Below, piece by piece: positions 59,210-64,000 of a stretch of DNA of 64,000 nucleotides. The stretch spans positions 24,490 through 88,489 of the forward strand of contig SLDR01000010.1 in assembly GCA_007125155.1 (NCBI GenBank), given 5' to 3'. The position numbers and the translations under genes are program-made. This stretch comes from Candidatus Campbellbacteria bacterium (lineage in GTDB: Bacteria > Patescibacteriota > Minisyncoccia > Phycocordibacterales > CSBR16-193). Below the pieces are notes generated by a model. That model was given only the letters and a program-made list of their open reading frames with translations. It was not told the origin of the DNA and did not search any database. Numbering within the stretch: position 1 is the stretch's first letter; the number at the start of each line of letters is the position of its first letter.

Positions 59210-59884
59210 ATGGCAAAATATGAAATTGAAATAAAAACTTTACTTGGCAAAGAAGACGCCAAACAAGATCTGATACGCAAAATGAAAAAAACGGATCCGG
59301 AATTCAGAAGGCTGTCAAAGAACAACCAGCTAAATCATTACTTTGCTGGAAGCAACATAAACGAATTGTACGAGAAGGTGGAGGCTTTTTTGCCGAACGA
59401 CAGAAAATCAATAATGAAAGAAATAATTGAAGCCGGAAATGAATTTTCGGTCAGAACCCGGAAGAAAGACTCCGATGTTTATCTGGTCATAAAGGCTTCG
59501 GTTGATGAAGGCACAAGCGAAAATACCGTCTCAAGACTTGAGTTCGAAGAGAAGATCGATCTTACGCTTGACGAGATCGATAGTTTGATACTGGAGGTCG
59601 GATATACCTATCAAGCAAAATGGTCTCGAGAGCGTTCCGAATATACGTATAAAAAAATGAACGTATGTATAGACAAGAACGCAGGTTACGGATATGTGGC
59701 AGAGTTTGAAAAGGTTATCGATGATGAAAAGAAGATCCCTCAAGCAAAATCAGAAATTAAACGATTTATGGAAGAACTTGGACTCGAAGAACTTCCCCAA
59801 GACAGACTGGGAAGGATGTTTGATCACTACAACAAAAATTGGGAAAAATACTACGGGACGAACAAAACCTTCACGATCAAATAA
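59210..59884 (+). CDS. CYTH-domain protein (CyaB/thiamine-triphosphatase-like)
   Basis: N-terminal YEIEIKT (EIExK motif) and the overall CYTH pattern. Confidence 0.65.
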   Translation: MAKYEIEIKTLLGKEDAKQDLIRKMKKTDPEFRRLSKNNQLNHYFAGSNINELYEKVEAFLPNDRKSIMKEIIEAGNEFSVRTRKKDSDVYLVIKASVDEGTSENTVSRLEFEEKIDLTLDEIDSLILEVGYTYQAKWSRERSEYTYKKMNVCIDKNAGYGYVAEFEKVIDDEKKIPQAKSEIKRFMEELGLEELPQDRLGRMFDHYNKNWEKYYGTNKTFTIK

Positions 59885-59887
59885 GTG

Positions 59888-60757
59888 CTAAACCGGAAAC
59901 TGTTTTGACAATACCAGAGCTCCGTATATCCCTCCGATCGCTCCAAGTTCGGCCTTTTTGATCTCAGGGATATGAGGAAGGAAATTGGCGAACTTCTCGA
60001 CATGATGACGTATTCTGTCAATTGGAATGGCCGGATCCCCCACCACCATTGATCCGCCGATGACCACCGTGTCCGGGGACCAGAACAGGATCGAGTTAAA
60101 TACACCTATCGCACTTTCAAATGCAAGTCTCTCCCATATCTCCGCGTCAACCACATCCCTGGGATCCATCCCCGTGGTTTTGTTGAGGGCCGTGCCGGAT
60201 ACATGATCTTCGAAGGTGGATGCGGGGGTTACGTCCAACTTGTATGCCAAGGCTTTCTCTTTGTTGATCAATGAGTGATTTATTATATGGTGACCGGGCT
60301 CGAATCCGACCGTCGCTCTATCTATCAGTCCATCAACTATCCTGGCACCGCCCACACCGGTACTGATGGTAATATAGGAGCATATTTCACTTCCTACTCC
60401 GGCGCCGTAATGAACCTCTCCCAGGCCCACCACATCTGAATCATTCCCGACCACCAACGGCGCCGAGAGTTTATCCTCGAAGATCCGACGGATCGGCTTA
60501 TCCACCCATCCGGACATATTGGGGGAATATACCAACCCTTCCATCTTCTTATCCCAGACACCGGTTATTCCTCCCCACATTCCTTCGATCTTCTCACCAT
60601 CGGCGATGGCCAGAGCTGTTTCGCAAAAAAGCTCCGCACCTTCCTCCACACTGACCGGAGTATCATGTATGATCGGTTCGGAGAATTTTTCTCCGTCCTC
60701 GGTTGAACTGATCCTGATCTTACTTCCACCTATGTCAAATAATATCTTCATATTCAC
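59888..60757 (-). CDS. ROK-family sugar kinase
   Basis: DIGGSKIR N-terminal ATPase motif and ROK-like glycine-rich segments. Confidence 0.75.
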   Translation of the reverse strand: MNMKILFDIGGSKIRISSTEDGEKFSEPIIHDTPVSVEEGAELFCETALAIADGEKIEGMWGGITGVWDKKMEGLVYSPNMSGWVDKPIRRIFEDKLSAPLVVGNDSDVVGLGEVHYGAGVGSEICSYITISTGVGGARIVDGLIDRATVGFEPGHHIINHSLINKEKALAYKLDVTPASTFEDHVSGTALNKTTGMDPRDVVDAEIWERLAFESAIGVFNSILFWSPDTVVIGGSMVVGDPAIPIDRIRHHVEKFANFLPHIPEIKKAELGAIGGIYGALVLSKQFPV

Positions 60758-61725
60758 TTCATTAGCTTTTTAAATTTCTCAATAAAAGGAACCGTGTCAG
60801 GGTCCGTCTTATAACGAGAGACCGAAAGTTCCAATGATGCCCAATCGGCGACCAACAGTCCTTTAAAGATCTTTTCCGCCCTACTGCTCCCTTCCAACTT
60901 GAACCTGAAGGTTTTTATACCTCTTTCCTTGTATATCTGCTCCGTAATGTCCATTCTTTTTTGAATTCTGGGATGATCCTCTTCATCCGAGAGGATATAA
61001 ACGGCGATCTCGGAACTCAAGCGTCTGGTGCCCTCTACGGCCCCGAACCCTTCCATCTCATTGTGGTTCAACTCCGGAAAGACATTATAAAATGATGGTA
61101 TCTTGGTCGTCTCATTGAATTTGATCTTCCAGTTATAAGCAAGGGTCAGATTGTCTGAGGAAGCGTATATCAAAGGTATCAGACCGCTTAGATTTTCAGC
61201 GACCTCCAAGCCTTTTGCGCGTTCCCTTTTGGGATCCAGCTTATCCGCAAGTCCTCGAAGTTCACTTAAGGATCTATCACTTCCTAAAAGTGCGGCCAAA
61301 GCCATAACGGAATGACCCACCGCATTTCTTGGTTGTATACCTTCATCAGGTACCACGATCATGGGCAGAGCCGATCGATCGGCGAGGGCTTTCATTTTCC
61401 CTCCCGTTGTTATCACGGCCACATTAGCCCCTTCATCCATTGCTTCTTCCAGAGCATCAAGGGTTTCCTCAGTATTTCCCGAGTAAGAAACAAACACAAA
61501 GAGGATCTTCTTTTTTTGAGCCGGCGAGATATCGGGCAAACCGTAACCGTTATGGATAGTTATCGGCAAAGAAGGATCAACTGCCTTAAGGATACCTCCG
61601 CACAGATGGGATCCACCCATGCCTACAACCACGACCGATTCGTACTCGGTGAACAGTTTCTTCTTATCGATCATTTCCGGTTTAAAACGGAACTGATCAG
61701 GTAAACCCAGTATCGCTTCTTCCAT
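60754..61725 (-). CDS. Bifunctional phosphoglucose/phosphomannose isomerase (SIS domain)
   Basis: SIS-domain motifs (VVVGMGGS, VSYSGNTEET). 4-nt overlap with the ROK kinase gene. Confidence 0.75.
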   Translation of the reverse strand: MEEAILGLPDQFRFKPEMIDKKKLFTEYESVVVVGMGGSHLCGGILKAVDPSLPITIHNGYGLPDISPAQKKKILFVFVSYSGNTEETLDALEEAMDEGANVAVITTGGKMKALADRSALPMIVVPDEGIQPRNAVGHSVMALAALLGSDRSLSELRGLADKLDPKRERAKGLEVAENLSGLIPLIYASSDNLTLAYNWKIKFNETTKIPSFYNVFPELNHNEMEGFGAVEGTRRLSSEIAVYILSDEEDHPRIQKRMDITEQIYKERGIKTFRFKLEGSSRAEKIFKGLLVADWASLELSVSRYKTDPDTVPFIEKFKKLMK

Positions 61726-61815
61726 TTATCAAAATTTTAAAAATAATAATCTTATTCTAACTTAAAAATACGACCTATGCAGTTATGATCGGCGCTGATG
61801 TGCTCCCGTCCCCAT

Positions 61816-62586
61816 TTAATTCTCGAAGGGCATGGGAGCGAAATGTATCACATGTTCGAGCACGGTCTTGACGGAAACACGCTGGTCGGCGTTCATTTTC
61901 TTTATTGCCGGAAGGGTGCGGATGAACCTTATTAGAGCCTCGTGCTCGGGCGGCCCTTCTCGCATCTTGTCATAAATAACCTCCTCCAGCAGATCGAGAA
62001 ACATCTGAGCTCCGGCCTTATCACGCTCATCGATATATTTTTTTAGCATTTTGCTTCTTACCGCTATGGTCGAAGAAAGGAACTCATCTACCGAGACCGA
62101 ACAGCCGGTCTCCGTCTCAAGGAACGAGATCGCGAGCCTGGAATAAAGGGTGGTCAGAAGGATATCTTCGGACGGAATTATCAATATGAAACGAATATGG
62201 CGTGGCGTACTTTCAAAAAGTTTGAGCAGTGCGTTCTGAGATTCGGTGGTCATGGTGTGGGTCTCAAGAACGCACACCTTTTCCGAGTCCTTTGCCGGAT
62301 TTACACTGCTCCAATTACGTAAAAAATTCGCGTCCTCGATCGCAAAGGAACCCTTAACATAGTGAAGAAGGTCGGGATTCTCTTTTAAAGTAACATCCCA
62401 GCAGGTGCTTACGGCTTTCAATATCCTCTTTCCGCCCTCCGAAGGGTTTCGAGTAATGAAGCAGAATGCATGATGATGGGATCTTTTAAGAATTCCCTCA
62501 ACGGAGTCCGTCTTAGACGAACCCGAATGCTCCTCCACTCTCTCCGCATTAGTATTTTGTGGTAATGCTTTTCTTGTAGACATCAA
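61816..62586 (-). CDS. holB: DNA polymerase III delta-prime-like subunit
   Basis: HHAFCFITRNPSEGGKRILKAVSTC (HAYLFxGxxGxGK-like) and TESQNALLKLFESTPRHIRFILI (AANALLKTLEEPP). The track ORF overlaps the mreB stop by 38 nt, so the true start is probably internal. Confidence 0.65.
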   Translation of the reverse strand: MMSTRKALPQNTNAERVEEHSGSSKTDSVEGILKRSHHHAFCFITRNPSEGGKRILKAVSTCWDVTLKENPDLLHYVKGSFAIEDANFLRNWSSVNPAKDSEKVCVLETHTMTTESQNALLKLFESTPRHIRFILIIPSEDILLTTLYSRLAISFLETETGCSVSVDEFLSSTIAVRSKMLKKYIDERDKAGAQMFLDLLEEVIYDKMREGPPEHEALIRFIRTLPAIKKMNADQRVSVKTVLEHVIHFAPMPFEN

Positions 62587-63562
62587 GATGTTCTAATGCG
62601 ATCCCGGTTCCCCGCGCCACGCAGTACATTGGGTCTTTCGCAAGGCGTGCGTTCACCCCGATTCGCCGGTTGACCAGTTCGGTGAGATTCCTAAGCTGAG
62701 AGGTCCCTCCCGTCATAACTATGCCTTGATCTACTATATCGGAAGAGAGCTCGGGAGGTGTCTCTTGAAGAACCTCCTTTATCGCCCGGATCATTTCACG
62801 CAGATCCTTCGTTATGGCTTTAAGTATCTCGTTACTTTCCACCTCTATGGATCTGGGAAGCCCCGATACGAAGTCCCTTCCCTTTATGGTCATCGTTAGG
62901 TCCTCTTCCAACGGAATGGCGGAAACCACTTTTATTTTCACATCCTCTGCCGTCTTATCACCTATTCCGAGATTGAAATTCTTTTTGACGTAGTCGGCTA
63001 TGGACTGGTCAAGCTTATTGCCTCCGTACTTTACCGAAGTCGACGAAACGATACCTCCAAGTGAGATCACAGCCACATCCGTCGTACCCCCGCCGATATC
63101 GACGATCATGTGCCCGGTGGGTTCATGGATCGGGATTCCCGCCCCGATGGCCGCCAGAATGGGCTCCTTGACCACATAGGCGTTACGTGCCCCCGCTCTG
63201 ATGGCCGCCTCAATGACCGCACGCCTTTCCGTCGAGGTCACTCCTGCCGGCACAGATACCAGAACGTCGGGCTTCATTATGTTGAACCTTCCGAGAGCTT
63301 TATCCAGATAGTATCGAAGCATGGCCTCAGTGACGCGGTAATCGGCAATAACTCCGTCCTTCATCGGGCGATATGCAACTATGGCCTCAGGTGTTTTCCC
63401 CACCATCTTTTTAGCTTCCGCACCTATCGCCAGTATCTTATTATCTTCCTCAGAGACGGCTACGACCGACGGTTCATTCAGAACTATCCCTTTTTTGGGA
63501 ACGAATACCAGGATATTCGCGGTGCCGAGATCTATTCCTATTTTTTTGTAAAACAATCCCAT
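62549..63562 (-). CDS. mreB: Rod shape-determining protein MreB
   Basis: IGIDLGTANI and DIGGGTTD motifs. Start placed at Met-47 of the track ORF (MGLFYKKIGIDLGT). Confidence 0.9.
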   Translation of the reverse strand: MGLFYKKIGIDLGTANILVFVPKKGIVLNEPSVVAVSEEDNKILAIGAEAKKMVGKTPEAIVAYRPMKDGVIADYRVTEAMLRYYLDKALGRFNIMKPDVLVSVPAGVTSTERRAVIEAAIRAGARNAYVVKEPILAAIGAGIPIHEPTGHMIVDIGGGTTDVAVISLGGIVSSTSVKYGGNKLDQSIADYVKKNFNLGIGDKTAEDVKIKVVSAIPLEEDLTMTIKGRDFVSGLPRSIEVESNEILKAITKDLREMIRAIKEVLQETPPELSSDIVDQGIVMTGGTSQLRNLTELVNRRIGVNARLAKDPMYCVARGTGIALEHLDVYKKSITTKY

Positions 63563-63668
63563 ATGCTTATACGAGAATACATTATATATCAAATAAAAAC
63601 AAAGCGCCAAATCAAATGGTTCACATAAAACTTTCACGATATAGCGTATATGATATACTTGTTCCAAT

Positions 63669-64000
63669 ATGGAAAAAACAAACACGATACATCTCAACAA
63701 AATAGGTCATTTAGTACAAAGATTCAGGGAAAAACACGGTCTGACCCAAAAGGAACTTGCCGAGAGAATGGGCACCACTCAAAGCGCGGTGGCTCGAATA
63801 GAGGCCGGTGACCAGAACGTCAGTGCAACCACCCTTTCTAAAATGAACCATGCCCTTGGAATAAACCTTTTCCACATGGATTCCGGTACTTTGACCGTGC
63901 GAATAGAAGGAGGCCGGAAGCTCAAGGGATCGATAGAAACAAGAACATCTAAAAACGGAGCAGTTGGCCTTTTATGCGCCTCGATGCTTAACAAAGGAAG
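63669..64000 (+). CDS. murA: XRE-family HTH fused to the MurA N-terminus (UDP-GlcNAc 1-carboxyvinyltransferase); continues past the window end
   Basis: Translation from ATG 63669: the first 70 aa are a Cro/C1 HTH (LTQKELAERMGTTQSAVARIEAG), then LTVRIEGGRKLKGSIETRTSKNGAVGLLCASMLNKG matches the MurA N-terminus. No stop codon lies between them. Confidence 0.5.
   Translation, partial: MEKTNTIHLNKIGHLVQRFREKHGLTQKELAERMGTTQSAVARIEAGDQNVSATTLSKMNHALGINLFHMDSGTLTVRIEGGRKLKGSIETRTSKNGAVGLLCASMLNKG

Noticed and set aside
1-64000. tRNA, rRNA and tmRNA genes
   Set aside because: Scanned intergenic regions for T-loop (GGTTCGAATCC-like) and tmRNA or rRNA signatures. None found by eye. This cannot exclude divergent tRNAs without tRNAscan.

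Overview
This 64-kb window is a gene-dense, mostly minus-strand segment of a small streamlined bacterial genome. I could not find any rRNA, tRNA, CRISPR array, transposase or integrase. Gene content suggests a Patescibacteria/CPR-like anaerobe, but that is inference from the features below: short AlaRS, weak Shine-Dalgarno usage, class III RNR nrdDG, superoxide reductase, many small cysteine-rich orphan proteins.

Main blocks:
- Partial scpA at the left edge (1..386).
- A long co-directional housekeeping block (2967..15067, minus strand): infA-rpmJ-rpsM-rpsK-rpsD-rpoA-rplQ-rplM-rpsI, then grpE-dnaK-dnaJ, then trpS-pepA-aspS.
- alaS, a family-4 UDG, pcm, an SDR, mnmA, mltG, and leuS carrying an internal Nudix-domain insertion.
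- xseA/xseB, ychF, an MFS transporter, a tandem ThyX-like protein, nrdD-nrdG preceded by a candidate cobalamin riboswitch, dfx, proB, pheA, ilvE, a ROK kinase, PGI/PMI, holB, mreB.
- A right-edge partial gene that looks like an XRE-HTH fused to MurA.

Accessory-looking patches hold unusual items:
- A promoter-plus-terminator-bounded candidate sRNA with an internal 30-nt direct repeat (about 520..812).
- A structured 290-nt intergenic element (38401..38693).
- A LuxI/N-acyl-amino-acid-synthase-like GNAT protein next to a PD-(D/E)xK nuclease.
- An ATP-cone-Mrr nuclease fusion.
- A sigma-70 region 4 plus HARE-HTH regulator beside a large membrane protein.
- An island of independently transcribed small zinc-ribbon proteins.
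- A truncated Mur-ligase-like gene.

Two genes absent from the ORF track were recovered by eye: rpmJ (L36) and a 46-aa zinc-ribbon paralog. Two open-ended edge genes (scpA, HTH-MurA) were also recovered. All product calls rest on motif recognition in the translated ORFs; no database search was possible.
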